Source: Spirochaetia bacterium (lineage in GTDB: Bacteria > Spirochaetota > Spirochaetia > SZUA-6 > Bin103). From it: 64,000 nt of DNA. Below are positions 8,878 to 18,576 of this stretch, piece by piece. The stretch covers positions 1 to 64,000 of the forward strand of contig CBDATQ010000001.1 in NCBI GenBank assembly GCA_965199955.1, read 5' to 3'. The translations under genes were made by a program, and so were the position numbers. The stretch's first letter is position 1. Each line of letters starts with the position of its first letter. Below the pieces are notes generated by a model, which saw only the letters and a program-made list of their open reading frames with translations, was not told where the DNA came from and did no database searches.

Positions 8878-9465
8878 ATGGCCGATACCACGATCCACGA
8901 CACTGCGGAGGTTGCAGCGGGCGCGCGCGTCGGCCGCGGCACGAAGATATGGCATCATACCCAGGTTCGTGAGGACGCGACGATCGGCGACCACTGTATC
9001 CTGGGGAAGGGGGTTTACGTCGATCAGGGTGTCGCGCTAGGCAACGACGTCAAGGTGCAAAACGGAGCACAGTTGTTCCATGGCGTCACGGTGGAGGCGG
9101 GTGCGTTCATCGGTCCGGGCGCGATTCTCACGAATGACAGATATCCGCGTTCGGTGAACCCGTCCGGGACGCTCAAGGATGCGAACGATTGGACGGTCGG
9201 CCGCATTCGGGTGGAGCGTGGCGCGTCGGTCGGAGCGGGCGCCGTGATCCTGCCGGACGTCACCATCGGCCGATGGGCGCTGGTCGGGGCAGGAGCGGTC
9301 GTGACGGCGGACGTACCGCCGCACGGGCTTGTCGTGGGCAATCCGGCGCGGGTGATCGGCCGCGTGTGCCGCTGCGGACGCACGCTGCAGGCGGAGGCGG
9401 ACGGCAGCGCCCGATGCACGGGCTGCGGCGGTTCGTATCGATTCGATGATGAGGAGACGCAGTGA
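8878..9465 (+). CDS. Hexapeptide-repeat N-acetyltransferase, WbpD-like
   Basis: GTKIWH, VKVQN, LTNDRYPRS, VVGNPAR, and a C-terminal CxC...CxxC. Confidence 0.85.
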   Translation: MADTTIHDTAEVAAGARVGRGTKIWHHTQVREDATIGDHCILGKGVYVDQGVALGNDVKVQNGAQLFHGVTVEAGAFIGPGAILTNDRYPRSVNPSGTLKDANDWTVGRIRVERGASVGAGAVILPDVTIGRWALVGAGAVVTADVPPHGLVVGNPARVIGRVCRCGRTLQAEADGSARCTGCGGSYRFDDEETQ

Positions 9466-10556
9466 TTCCGATTGCGAGCCCCGTCATCGGCGAACAGGAG
9501 AAGGCGGCGGTCCTGCGTGTGCTGGAGAGCGGCATCCTCGCACAAGGGCCGACGGTCGAGGCGTTCGAGACGGCATTCGCCGAGCAGCTCGGCGCGCGGC
9601 ATGCGATCGCCGTCGGATCCGGGTCGGCTGCGCTGCTGGTCGCCCTCCTGGCGCATGGCGTCGGCGATGGCGACGAGGTGATCACCACCCCGTTCTCGTT
9701 CATCGCATCGGCGAACGCGGTTCTGTTCGCCGGCGCCCGTCCCCGGTTCGCCGACGTCCGCGACGACGACTTCAACATCGATCCAGGCCTGATCGAACAG
9801 CAGATCACCCCGCGCACCAAGGCGATTATTCCTGTCCATCTCTACGGCCATCCCTGTCGGATGGAGGAGATCGCCACCATTTCCCGGCGGCACGGCCTGG
9901 CGATCATCGAGGACTGCTGCCAAGCGCACGGCGCGTCGATCGGGGGCCGTCTGGTCGGGTCGTTCGGCACCGGCTGTTTCTCGTTCTATCCGACCAAGAA
10001 CATGACCACCGGCGAAGGCGGCATGGTAACGACCGACGACGACGATGTGGCGGCGCAGGCGCGAATGCTGCGCAATCACGGTCAGAGCGAGCGGTATCTG
10101 CACGAGCGGATCGGGTTCAACTGGCGCATGACGGATCTGGCCGCGGCGATCGGATTGGCGCAGCTCGACCGCCTTGAAGAGGCCAATGCCCGGCGGCGCG
10201 CGAACGCGCGACGCCTGAACGAGTCCTGCAAGGGGGTCGTCACGCCAGCCGAGCGAGCGAGCGAGCGGCATGTGTATCACCAGTACACGGTGCGTGTGCC
10301 CGAGCGAAGAGATGAGTTGCTGAGCCACCTTCGCGAGCGGAGGGTCGGCGCCGTGGTCTACTACCCGTTGCCCATTCATCGCCAGCCGGTCTACCGGCGA
10401 CTGGGCTACCGCGACGCCCTTCCCGTAGCGGAGCGCTTGAGCACGGAGGTGCTGTCGCTGCCGGTGCATCCATCGTTGACGGAGCAGGAGGTGGATTCCG
10501 TCGCCCGCGAGACGAGCGGATTCTTCGACGACCGGGCGAGCGAGTGGAGCAGGTGA
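9462..10556 (+). CDS. DegT/DnrJ/EryC1/StrS aminotransferase, WbpE-like
   Basis: PVHLYG, IEDCCQAHG, SFYPTKN (PLP Lys), LSLPVHP. Confidence 0.92.
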   Translation: MIPIASPVIGEQEKAAVLRVLESGILAQGPTVEAFETAFAEQLGARHAIAVGSGSAALLVALLAHGVGDGDEVITTPFSFIASANAVLFAGARPRFADVRDDDFNIDPGLIEQQITPRTKAIIPVHLYGHPCRMEEIATISRRHGLAIIEDCCQAHGASIGGRLVGSFGTGCFSFYPTKNMTTGEGGMVTTDDDDVAAQARMLRNHGQSERYLHERIGFNWRMTDLAAAIGLAQLDRLEEANARRRANARRLNESCKGVVTPAERASERHVYHQYTVRVPERRDELLSHLRERRVGAVVYYPLPIHRQPVYRRLGYRDALPVAERLSTEVLSLPVHPSLTEQEVDSVARETSGFFDDRASEWSR

Positions 10557-11554
10557 ACGTCGGAGTGGTCGGTCTGGGCTACATGGGCAGCAATCACCTG
10601 CGTATCTATTCCGAGATCGAGGAAGCGAATCTCGTCGCCGTGGCCGACACCGACGAGGCGTTGCTGGACGCGGCCGCACGGCGCTACGGGGCGAGGAGTT
10701 ACGACGACTACCGGGAGATGCTCGCCCGCGAGCGCCTGGATGCCGTGTCCATCGTGGTGCCGACCGGCCTGCACAAGGACGTCGCACTGGCCGCGATCTC
10801 CGCCGGGACGGCCGCGCTCATCGAGAAGCCGATCGGACGCAGCGTGCCGGAGGGGCTGGAGATCCAGGAGGCCGCCGAGCGCGCGGACGTGATCGTGGCG
10901 GTGGGCCACATCGAGCTCTTCAATCCCGCGGTCAGGGCGCTGAAGCAGCGCCTGCAGCACGATGAGATCGGCCCCGTCCTGCAGATTCAGGCGCGCCGCG
11001 TCGGGCCATTCCAACCGCGGCTTCGGGATGTCGGGGTGGTGCAGGACTTGGCGACACACGACATCGGCGTGATGCGCTATCTGCTGGAGGCGCAGATCGC
11101 CCGGGTCCATGCGGTGACGCGCACCGGAATACGCACCGCGTTCGAGGACACGTTGTTCGCGACGCTGCGGTTCGAGAACGAGGTGACGGGGGTCCTGGAC
11201 GTGAACTGGCTGTCACCGGTCAAGGTCCGCGAATTGCAGATCATCGGTGAGCACGGGATGTTCCGCCTGGACTATGTCAGTCAGGACGTCTTCCACTGCC
11301 GTGAGGACCTTGCCGGCGGCTACGGCTCCACGGACCCGGCCGGGGGGAACGGACGGCTCCTTCCGGTAGAGAAGCGGGAACCGCTCCGGGTGGAGTTGGA
11401 GGATTTTCTGGGTTCGGTGGCGGCGCATGAGCAGCCGACGGCGGACTGCACGGATGCGATCGCCACGCTCGACGTGGCGGAGAAGCTGCTGCAGTCGGCC
11501 GACAGCGGGGCGCCCATCGACGTGATGAGCCTCATGGAGAGCGGGAGCGGATAG
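10544..11554 (+). CDS. Gfo/Idh/MocA oxidoreductase, WbpB-like sugar 3-dehydrogenase
   Basis: GLGYMG, IEKP, GHIELFNP, DLATHD; translationally coupled to the aminotransferase. Confidence 0.88.
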   Translation: MEQVNVGVVGLGYMGSNHLRIYSEIEEANLVAVADTDEALLDAAARRYGARSYDDYREMLARERLDAVSIVVPTGLHKDVALAAISAGTAALIEKPIGRSVPEGLEIQEAAERADVIVAVGHIELFNPAVRALKQRLQHDEIGPVLQIQARRVGPFQPRLRDVGVVQDLATHDIGVMRYLLEAQIARVHAVTRTGIRTAFEDTLFATLRFENEVTGVLDVNWLSPVKVRELQIIGEHGMFRLDYVSQDVFHCREDLAGGYGSTDPAGGNGRLLPVEKREPLRVELEDFLGSVAAHEQPTADCTDAIATLDVAEKLLQSADSGAPIDVMSLMESGSG

Positions 11555-11557
11555 CTC

Positions 11558-12826
11558 GTGAACGTCTGCGTCGTCGGCCTGGGGAAGATCGGGATGCCGC
11601 TGGCGGCAAGAGTCGCCTCGCTCGGCCATTCCGTTGTGGGCTGCGATGTCGATCCGTCGGTCGTGAAGTTGGTGAACCGCGGCGAGTGCCCGATCGACGG
11701 CGAGGAGGGCCTGGAGGAGCTTGTGCGCGGGGTTGCCGGCGAGGGCAGGCTGACGGCAACCACCGACACGGCACGCGGCGTTCGCGAGTCCGAAGTGGTC
11801 GCCGTGATCGTCCCCGCGTTCCTGACCTCCGATCGCCAGGCCGACTTCTCCGCGGTCGATGCGGCGGCGCGGGACATCGCCGCTGGTCTGACCGAGGGCA
11901 CCCTGGTCGTGTTCGAAACGACGCTGCCGGTGGGCACGACGCAAGGCCGGCTGGGCCCGATTCTGAGGTCAGGGTCGGGGCTGAAGGCCGGCGAAGGGTT
12001 CCTGCTTGCCTTCAGTCCGGAACGGATCTCGTCCGGCAGTGCCTTGGCCAATCTGGCGCGGTATCCGAAAGTGGTCGGGGCCGACGACGAACGAAGCGCG
12101 CAGGCCGCGGCGCGGTTCTACGGGACCGCCGTCGGCGCTCGCGTCCTGCCCGTGGCGAGCACGGCGACGGCAGAACTGGTCAAGCTGATGGAGTTGACCT
12201 ATCGGGACGTCAACATCGCGCTGGCCAACGAGTTCGCGCTGTGCGCGGAGCGTGCCGGCGTCGACGTCACCGAGGCGATCGCCGCGGCCAACTCGCAGCC
12301 GTACGCGCATGTGCACGCCCCGGGGATCGGCGTGGGCGGTCACTGCGTGCCCGTGAATCCCTGGTTCCTGATCAACGGTCTGGGTCCGGCGCCTCTCGCG
12401 GAGCTCGCCCGTCGCATCAACGATGGCATGCCCAGTCAGGCCGTCCGTCTCTTGGAACGCTCCCTCGGCGGTGTGGGTGGCAGGACCGTTCTCATCCTAG
12501 GGCTTGCCTACCGGGGCAACGTGAAGGAGAGCTATCATTCGACAGCGATATTGCTCGCGAACGTCCTTTCGGCGGCCGGCGCCCGTGTGCTCGTCCACGA
12601 TCCGCTCTACTCCCACGACGAGATCCGCGCCCACGGACTGACACCCGCCGACCTGAAGCCGCCGCCTGAGGCCGACGCCGTCGTGCTCCAAGCGTACCAT
12701 GACGAGTACCGGGCGCTTGATATCGGTGACTTGCCGGGATGCCGCGTCGTCCTCGACGGCCGCAACGTCCTGTCGCCCGGCAGCTTCACGGAGACTGGCG
12801 TGAGCTACCTTGGCATCGGACGCTGA
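11558..12826 (+). CDS. Nucleotide-sugar 6-dehydrogenase (WbpA/WecC family)
   Basis: GLGKIG, ETT, FSPER, YRDVNIALANE, PGIGVGGHC, LGLAYR. Confidence 0.92.
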   Translation: MNVCVVGLGKIGMPLAARVASLGHSVVGCDVDPSVVKLVNRGECPIDGEEGLEELVRGVAGEGRLTATTDTARGVRESEVVAVIVPAFLTSDRQADFSAVDAAARDIAAGLTEGTLVVFETTLPVGTTQGRLGPILRSGSGLKAGEGFLLAFSPERISSGSALANLARYPKVVGADDERSAQAAARFYGTAVGARVLPVASTATAELVKLMELTYRDVNIALANEFALCAERAGVDVTEAIAAANSQPYAHVHAPGIGVGGHCVPVNPWFLINGLGPAPLAELARRINDGMPSQAVRLLERSLGGVGGRTVLILGLAYRGNVKESYHSTAILLANVLSAAGARVLVHDPLYSHDEIRAHGLTPADLKPPPEADAVVLQAYHDEYRALDIGDLPGCRVVLDGRNVLSPGSFTETGVSYLGIGR

Positions 12827-12862
12827 TCCCGCGGATCATCTCGGGCTGACGGGCCGACCCGG

Positions 12863-13984
12863 ATGAGAGTCTGCCACCTCACGACGGTCCACGACTGGAA
12901 CGATGTGCGGATCTTCGTGAAGATGTGCCGATCCGCCGCAGCCACCGGATTCCGTGTCGACCTGGTCGCTCCGGTAGCGTCTTCGAATCCCGTCACCGAC
13001 ACCGGGGGCGTCACCGTCCATCCTCTCCGCAAATACCGAAGCCGGCTCGTGCGTGCGTCGCTGGGTACCATCCGTGCGCTCAGGTCGGCAATCGGCATTC
13101 GGGCCGCCTGGTACCACGTTCACGACCCGGAGCTTCTGCCTTTGGTTTTGGCTCTCCGGCTGCTCCAACGGCGTGTCGTATTCGACTTTCACGAGGAGTT
13201 TTCCGCGCAGATCAGAAACAAGCCCTACGTCAGCCGCGGATCGCGCGCGATCGCCTCAGCACTCGCCAGATGCTGGGAGTTCGTGCTGTGCTGGGCCGCT
13301 TCGAGAGTGATAGCGGCAACTCCCCACATCCGAGAACGTCTACCAAGTCGGAAGGCGCTGGCGACGATCGTATGCAACTATCCTACACTCGACGAGTTTG
13401 CCGCGCCCACGTCGACGCCGTTCGACCAACGCCCACGGATCGCTTACTACATCGGGGCGGTCAGCGCTACTCGTGGATGCTTCGAGATGGTTCAGGCCGG
13501 ACGGATGCTCGCGGGCTCGGGGCGCGGCATCGCCATGCGCATCGGGGGACCACTCGAAAGCCAGAAACTGGAACGACGGGCTCGTAAAGCTGCCGCAGGA
13601 AGCACAGTGTCCTTCCTGGGAAGGCGAACGCGTGATCAGGTGATGGCGGATCTCGGCTCGGCGCGGGTCGGTATGGTGGTGCTTCAGCCCATTCCGAACT
13701 ATGTCAATTCGCTCCCGGTAAAGATGTTCGAGTACATGGCCGCCGGTATTCCGGTGGTCGCCTCCGACTTTCCTCTCTGGAAAGAGATCGTCAGCAGAGC
13801 CAATTGCGGCGTGACCGTCGATCCGCGCGAGCCCACGCAGATCGCCTCGGCGATCGAGTGCCTCGTCGAGGATGCGGATCTGGCGCGGCGTATGGGTGCG
13901 AACGGCAGGCACGCTGTGGAGACCACGTACCACTGGCAGCATGAGTGGGACCGTCTGCGCACACTCTACGCGGGGCGAAGCTGA
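12863..13984 (+). CDS. Glycosyltransferase family 4
   Basis: HLTTVH..DVRIF, HVHDPELL, DFHE, PVKMFEYMAAGIPVVASDF. Confidence 0.9.
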   Translation: MRVCHLTTVHDWNDVRIFVKMCRSAAATGFRVDLVAPVASSNPVTDTGGVTVHPLRKYRSRLVRASLGTIRALRSAIGIRAAWYHVHDPELLPLVLALRLLQRRVVFDFHEEFSAQIRNKPYVSRGSRAIASALARCWEFVLCWAASRVIAATPHIRERLPSRKALATIVCNYPTLDEFAAPTSTPFDQRPRIAYYIGAVSATRGCFEMVQAGRMLAGSGRGIAMRIGGPLESQKLERRARKAAAGSTVSFLGRRTRDQVMADLGSARVGMVVLQPIPNYVNSLPVKMFEYMAAGIPVVASDFPLWKEIVSRANCGVTVDPREPTQIASAIECLVEDADLARRMGANGRHAVETTYHWQHEWDRLRTLYAGRS

Positions 13985-14045
13985 GACCGGCGTAACCGCA
14001 GCGGTGGCATGCTGGGCCGTGATCCCGGGAGCGACGCATCAACCA

Positions 14046-15356
14046 CTACCCCTGGTCGCGACTTCGGCCCAGGACTGTTCGCCGGCACAGCTCGTACAAG
14101 AGTGAAAGGCAGAAGGTAAGCACAAGGGAATACGTGAAGAGAACGCTCTCGAAGCTCAGCGCCAGATGCACGCCAAGAAGGATCCAGCCGACCGTCGCGC
14201 TCAGGCGTAGCAGTTCCCACACGAGCTGTCGACGCTGCCGGTTCAGCACGGAAAGGGAAGGAGCGACAGGGCTGGCCATGAAAAGGGCAAAGAACGAAGG
14301 CAGAAGGAGCAGTAGCACGGGTCGGATGTCGGACCACTCGTCGCCGAGTATTATAGGAAGGAACGCGGCGACAGCGGCGATGCCGGCGATAGCGGCCAGC
14401 GCCATAATGAGCAGGCGCGCCGAGACCTCACGAAAGATAAGGCGGACCTCGATGACTTTCTCGCGGAGAGCGGACGACAGGCGGCCGACGAATACCCTCC
14501 CGACAGCCTGAGCGAATAGCGTCAGCGGTGCGCCGCAAAGGCGCTGCGCCTGCCCATAGACGCCGGCGACTGCGGTGCCGAAGAAGATGGCGAACAGCGT
14601 GACAGGCGCGTGGCGTGAAATCGTGCTCAGAAAATCCGCGACGACCAGATAGCGGGGAAATCGCGAATACCTGCGGGCGACCACAACCATGCTGCGCATG
14701 GTCACGCGCGTTGCGGATTCACGCCAGTGGACGACCACCAGATGGCTCAATACCAGCACTCCGGCGAGCCTCCCGAGCGCTTCCCCGAGGATGAGACCGA
14801 TCGGGCTTCTGTAAAGGAAGAACAGGCCGCCTTGGGTGAGAAGGGTCACGAAAGCGTAGAGGATTCGAGCGGTTCGCAATGTCCCGTAATGCTGGCATCG
14901 GGTGGCGTACTGGAGAGATAAGGTATAGAGAGCGTTCAAACCGACTCCGACCGGAAGAAACGGGAGAAATCGTAACGGTATCGGCAATAGCCCGTCATTG
15001 CCGAGAAGTGTGGCGGCCGTGCTCAGGACTCCGAGCAACACGCACCACGCCCCGACCATCACGCAGCAAAGCGTGAGCAAACTGAATACCGATTTTCGGG
15101 TGACGGCCACGAGTATGGCAAAGTCGTAGCGGAGGGCCGCGACCACCACAAGGACGGCGACTACAGAGAGATAGACGCCGTAGATACCGTAGTCCGACGG
15201 TCGATACAGGAGCATGAGGGCGGGTACGGCGATGAGCTGGAGACCCTGAGCGACGGCATTGCCGGATGCCAGGGTCACGATGTCGCGACCCAGGGAATCG
15301 CCAAACACGCGATGAAAGATCGTGCGAACGGAACGGATGACGTCCACGAGGGTCAA
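14046..15356 (-). CDS. wzx: Wzx-type oligosaccharide flippase
   Basis: About 12 hydrophobic segments; LASGNAVAQ, LYRPSDYG, LRYDFAI, RYSRFPRY pattern. Confidence 0.8.
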   Translation of the reverse strand: MTLVDVIRSVRTIFHRVFGDSLGRDIVTLASGNAVAQGLQLIAVPALMLLYRPSDYGIYGVYLSVVAVLVVVAALRYDFAILVAVTRKSVFSLLTLCCVMVGAWCVLLGVLSTAATLLGNDGLLPIPLRFLPFLPVGVGLNALYTLSLQYATRCQHYGTLRTARILYAFVTLLTQGGLFFLYRSPIGLILGEALGRLAGVLVLSHLVVVHWRESATRVTMRSMVVVARRYSRFPRYLVVADFLSTISRHAPVTLFAIFFGTAVAGVYGQAQRLCGAPLTLFAQAVGRVFVGRLSSALREKVIEVRLIFREVSARLLIMALAAIAGIAAVAAFLPIILGDEWSDIRPVLLLLLPSFFALFMASPVAPSLSVLNRQRRQLVWELLRLSATVGWILLGVHLALSFESVLFTYSLVLTFCLSLLYELCRRTVLGRSRDQG

Positions 15357-15428
15357 ACGCGGGCAGCGAACGGTCCGGAGGACGGCGGCGGAGCGGTGGA
15401 TCCGCGCTTGCGTTGAGGTGTGTACACG

Positions 15429-16577
15429 TTACAGCGAGGCGTATACTGCCTCCAGGCGCGATACAACGGCTTCGGGCCCATAGGTCCGACGCGCGTACTC
15501 TCGCAAGCGCCTGGCTTGAGCGGCCCATTGAACGCGGTCCGAGTACACCTGATGCAAGGCCCGAGCCAAGGCGGCGTCGTCCCTGACAGGAACCAAGTAA
15601 CCGCATTCGGGCGTTACGATGTCCTCAGGGCCGCCCGAACGCGTGGCGACCACGGGGAGTCCGGTGGCTAGGGCCTCGATCAGGGTCACCCCAAACGTCT
15701 CGACGTCACTGGAGGAAACACAGCAGTGGGATCGTCCAAGAGCCCCCACGACGCCGTCGGTGTCGAGTGACCCAACGAATCTGATCCGATGTTGCTCCTT
15801 CATAGCGCTCACCAAACTCTCCAGGCGTCGGCGTTCGCGGCCCTCACCCACGATATCGAGAAGGACTGATTCGGTGGCGGGAAACGCGCGGTGGAACGCT
15901 CGCACCAGTAACTGGATGTTCTTGTTCGGTCCCAACATCGCTATGCAGACGAACCGGAATGGGCCGGCGCCGCGCGTATCCTCCGGGCGCGTGAATCGAC
16001 TGGTGTCGACCACGTTTGGCACCACGTGAATCGTCTTTCGTTGAGTGAGCTGGTGAAGTGCCTCCTTGAGTCGATGGCTGACCGCGAGGACCGAGTCCGC
16101 GGCGGCGACGGACTCTATCGTGGACGACTTTTGAAGTGCCGTGAGCGTCCCTCTCAAGTAGACGCTGGAGTGTTCGGTGAGAACGTACGGAACGCGCAGT
16201 TCATCGGCGAGCTGTCCGGCAACTTCGCCTGCGAAGAGGGCTGCGTGGGCGTGTATGACGTCAGGCGTACCGCGATCCGCCATATACATCCGAGATAGCC
16301 GATCGGCCATCGCCGTCCAGCGTCGACGGAAGCGGGATGGCTGCCGGGGCAGGCGGAATCCGTAGTGCCGGTACGTCCTGATCGGCCCCTCTAGGCGCGA
16401 CCGGAAGCCGTAGTCTACGTGCCCCCGGTACAACGTATGAATGCCGCGCAGCTCTGGATATACGATCCCAACGTCGTGGCCGGCAGAGGCGAGTGCCAGA
16501 GCCTGACGCTTGAAGAAGATACCCCTCACCGGAGACGCGGCTGTTCCGTACCACGATGGTATCACGAGTATATGCAC
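15429..16577 (-). CDS. Glycosyltransferase family 4
   Basis: GGAGAG RBS then GTG 16577 (HILVIPSWY...GIFF); PDVIHAH, TEHSS, ETFGVTLIEALATGLPVV. Confidence 0.9.
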   Translation of the reverse strand: MHILVIPSWYGTAASPVRGIFFKRQALALASAGHDVGIVYPELRGIHTLYRGHVDYGFRSRLEGPIRTYRHYGFRLPRQPSRFRRRWTAMADRLSRMYMADRGTPDVIHAHAALFAGEVAGQLADELRVPYVLTEHSSVYLRGTLTALQKSSTIESVAAADSVLAVSHRLKEALHQLTQRKTIHVVPNVVDTSRFTRPEDTRGAGPFRFVCIAMLGPNKNIQLLVRAFHRAFPATESVLLDIVGEGRERRRLESLVSAMKEQHRIRFVGSLDTDGVVGALGRSHCCVSSSDVETFGVTLIEALATGLPVVATRSGGPEDIVTPECGYLVPVRDDAALARALHQVYSDRVQWAAQARRLREYARRTYGPEAVVSRLEAVYASL

Positions 16578-16864
16578 ATCTACTCTCCGATGAGATGGTG
16601 GTCGCGAATCGTCGGATGCATGTCGGCGGAGTAGTTTTGATCGAGTACGCGTGAGTGTGTCCACGGCAACTCTCTTGTCGACGGTGGCAAAAGACTGTAT
16701 CGTCGTCAGCCTCGGGGTCAAGTGGGATTGGCTTAGCATAGCATGTTGGAGTCGAGCACGACGCTGCCTGCTCGGGTACGCGCGGCGCCTGTGGGGCGAA
16801 TTCAGGGCAACGTGTCGGTATCGTAATGGCTCGCGGCGTCAAGATCGAGGCGTAGTACAGGATC

Positions 16865-17545
16865 ATGGCAAGAGTCACCAAGGCCGACTATTACAGACAG
16901 AGGGGTCGGCAGTACCAGCTACAGGATTCGGAGGCGGCGATTCGCTATCGTCGGGCGATCGCATGGATCGAAGCGCGCGACGGACAGATGGTCGTGGACG
17001 TGGGCTGCAAGTTCGGACTGCTCCGGCAATATCTGAGAGACCGGGATCTGGATTACAAGTACGTCGGTATCGATATCGACTCGGCGACACTGCAGCGGAT
17101 CGCATCCGCGGAGGTACAGGAGTCGCGCGAGTCGTTCATCTGTCACGACGTGAATGCGGGATTGCCGATGGAGTCGGACAGCGCTGATTACGTGGTGTGC
17201 CTGGAAGTGATGGAGCATCTCGAGAATGCATCGGCCTTCCTCGAAGAAGCGCGACGGGTACTGAAGCCGAGGGGCCGGGTGGTTGTGTCGGTGCCGAACC
17301 CGTATTGCTGGATGGAAGTGTTGAGCAACCTTCTGTCGAGGCCCGATGGGGAGGGACACGTCGCTAGCTTCACGTCGCAGAACATCGATGCCCTAGCCGG
17401 CTTCGGGGGCCTGCGAGTGGAACGACGGGGTGGTACCTTTACGCGGGTACCGTTTACAAAGCGGCTGCTCGGACGGTATCTCTTGGTAGAGACGGATGCA
17501 TTCTTTCTGACGCGATCGAGCATGTACTTGCTTTCAGCGAGATGA
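16865..17545 (+). CDS. Class I SAM-dependent methyltransferase
   Basis: VDVGCKFG, GIDID, CLEVMEHL, RVLKPRG, SVPN. Confidence 0.88.
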   Translation: MARVTKADYYRQRGRQYQLQDSEAAIRYRRAIAWIEARDGQMVVDVGCKFGLLRQYLRDRDLDYKYVGIDIDSATLQRIASAEVQESRESFICHDVNAGLPMESDSADYVVCLEVMEHLENASAFLEEARRVLKPRGRVVVSVPNPYCWMEVLSNLLSRPDGEGHVASFTSQNIDALAGFGGLRVERRGGTFTRVPFTKRLLGRYLLVETDAFFLTRSSMYLLSAR

Positions 17546-18576
17546 GGGAGGCGGTCGGGCGTCGACTCAGACGACAACGTGAAGACGTGTTGCGCATAGC
17601 GATCGTAGGCGGCGCCGGCTTTGTCGGCAGCCGGTTAGCGAAAGCGCTGAGGGATGCCGGCCACCTCGTGGTAGTGGTGGACATCGCGTCTCCGGACGGG
17701 AGGATCGGAGAATACCGACAAGCGGACGTCCGCGATGGTAGTGGCTTGCGTATGGCCCTCGACGGATGTGACGCTGTGTACAATCTTGCCGCGGTCCATC
17801 GAGACGACATCAAACCGCCCACTGTTTACGATAACGTCAACGTCGCCGGAGCTCAAAACGTGTGTGAAGCCTGCCGACGAGTGGGTATCAACAGGGTGAT
17901 CTTCACCAGCTCGGTGGCGGTGTACGGGGGCGCGGCGCGGGACGCCACCGAAGATCAGCAGCCGGCTCCGGTCGCACCATATGGCAGATCGAAGCTGCGC
18001 GCCGAACAAGTACATCGTCAGTGGCAGCAGGAGGCTGCGCAGGTGAGGTCGCTCGTGACTGTGCGCCCCACGGTAGTGTTCGGCGAAGGAAATAGGGGGA
18101 ACGTATATCAGCTCCTTCGACAGATAAGATCCGGCCGCTTCGCGATGGTTGGCAGCGGCGGGAACCACAAGTCGATAGCATACGTGGGGAATTTGAGCGC
18201 CTTCCTGGTTCGCGTGCTGACGTTGGGTCCGGGCGAGGACACTTTCAACTACGTCGACAAGCCGGATCTGTCAATGCAGGAGCTTGTGGAGATCGTGGCG
18301 GAGGCCGCTGATAGCCCCCTGAACGGCCTTCGGATTCCGTACGCGGTCGGCTATCTGGGAGGGATGCTGTGTGACTTGGCAGCCGCGGTTACCGGCAGGA
18401 CGTTTCCCGTGAGCTCAATCCGCGTTCGCAAGCTTTGCAGCACGACCACCTTCTCTGCCCGCAGAGTGCGGTCAACCGGATTCCAGCCGCCGGTCGACCT
18501 GCGCCACGCGTTGGTGAAGACCATCAGGCACGAACTCGGCGTGGGTGGTGCCGAGGATCGGGGCGCTCGCCGGTAG
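17542..18576 (+). CDS. NAD-dependent epimerase/dehydratase
   Basis: GGAGFVG, NLAAVHRDD, TSSVAVYG, YGRSK, RPTVVFGEGNRGNV. True start may be the GTG near 17587. Confidence 0.9.
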   Translation: MREAVGRRLRRQREDVLRIAIVGGAGFVGSRLAKALRDAGHLVVVVDIASPDGRIGEYRQADVRDGSGLRMALDGCDAVYNLAAVHRDDIKPPTVYDNVNVAGAQNVCEACRRVGINRVIFTSSVAVYGGAARDATEDQQPAPVAPYGRSKLRAEQVHRQWQQEAAQVRSLVTVRPTVVFGEGNRGNVYQLLRQIRSGRFAMVGSGGNHKSIAYVGNLSAFLVRVLTLGPGEDTFNYVDKPDLSMQELVEIVAEAADSPLNGLRIPYAVGYLGGMLCDLAAAVTGRTFPVSSIRVRKLCSTTTFSARRVRSTGFQPPVDLRHALVKTIRHELGVGGAEDRGARR

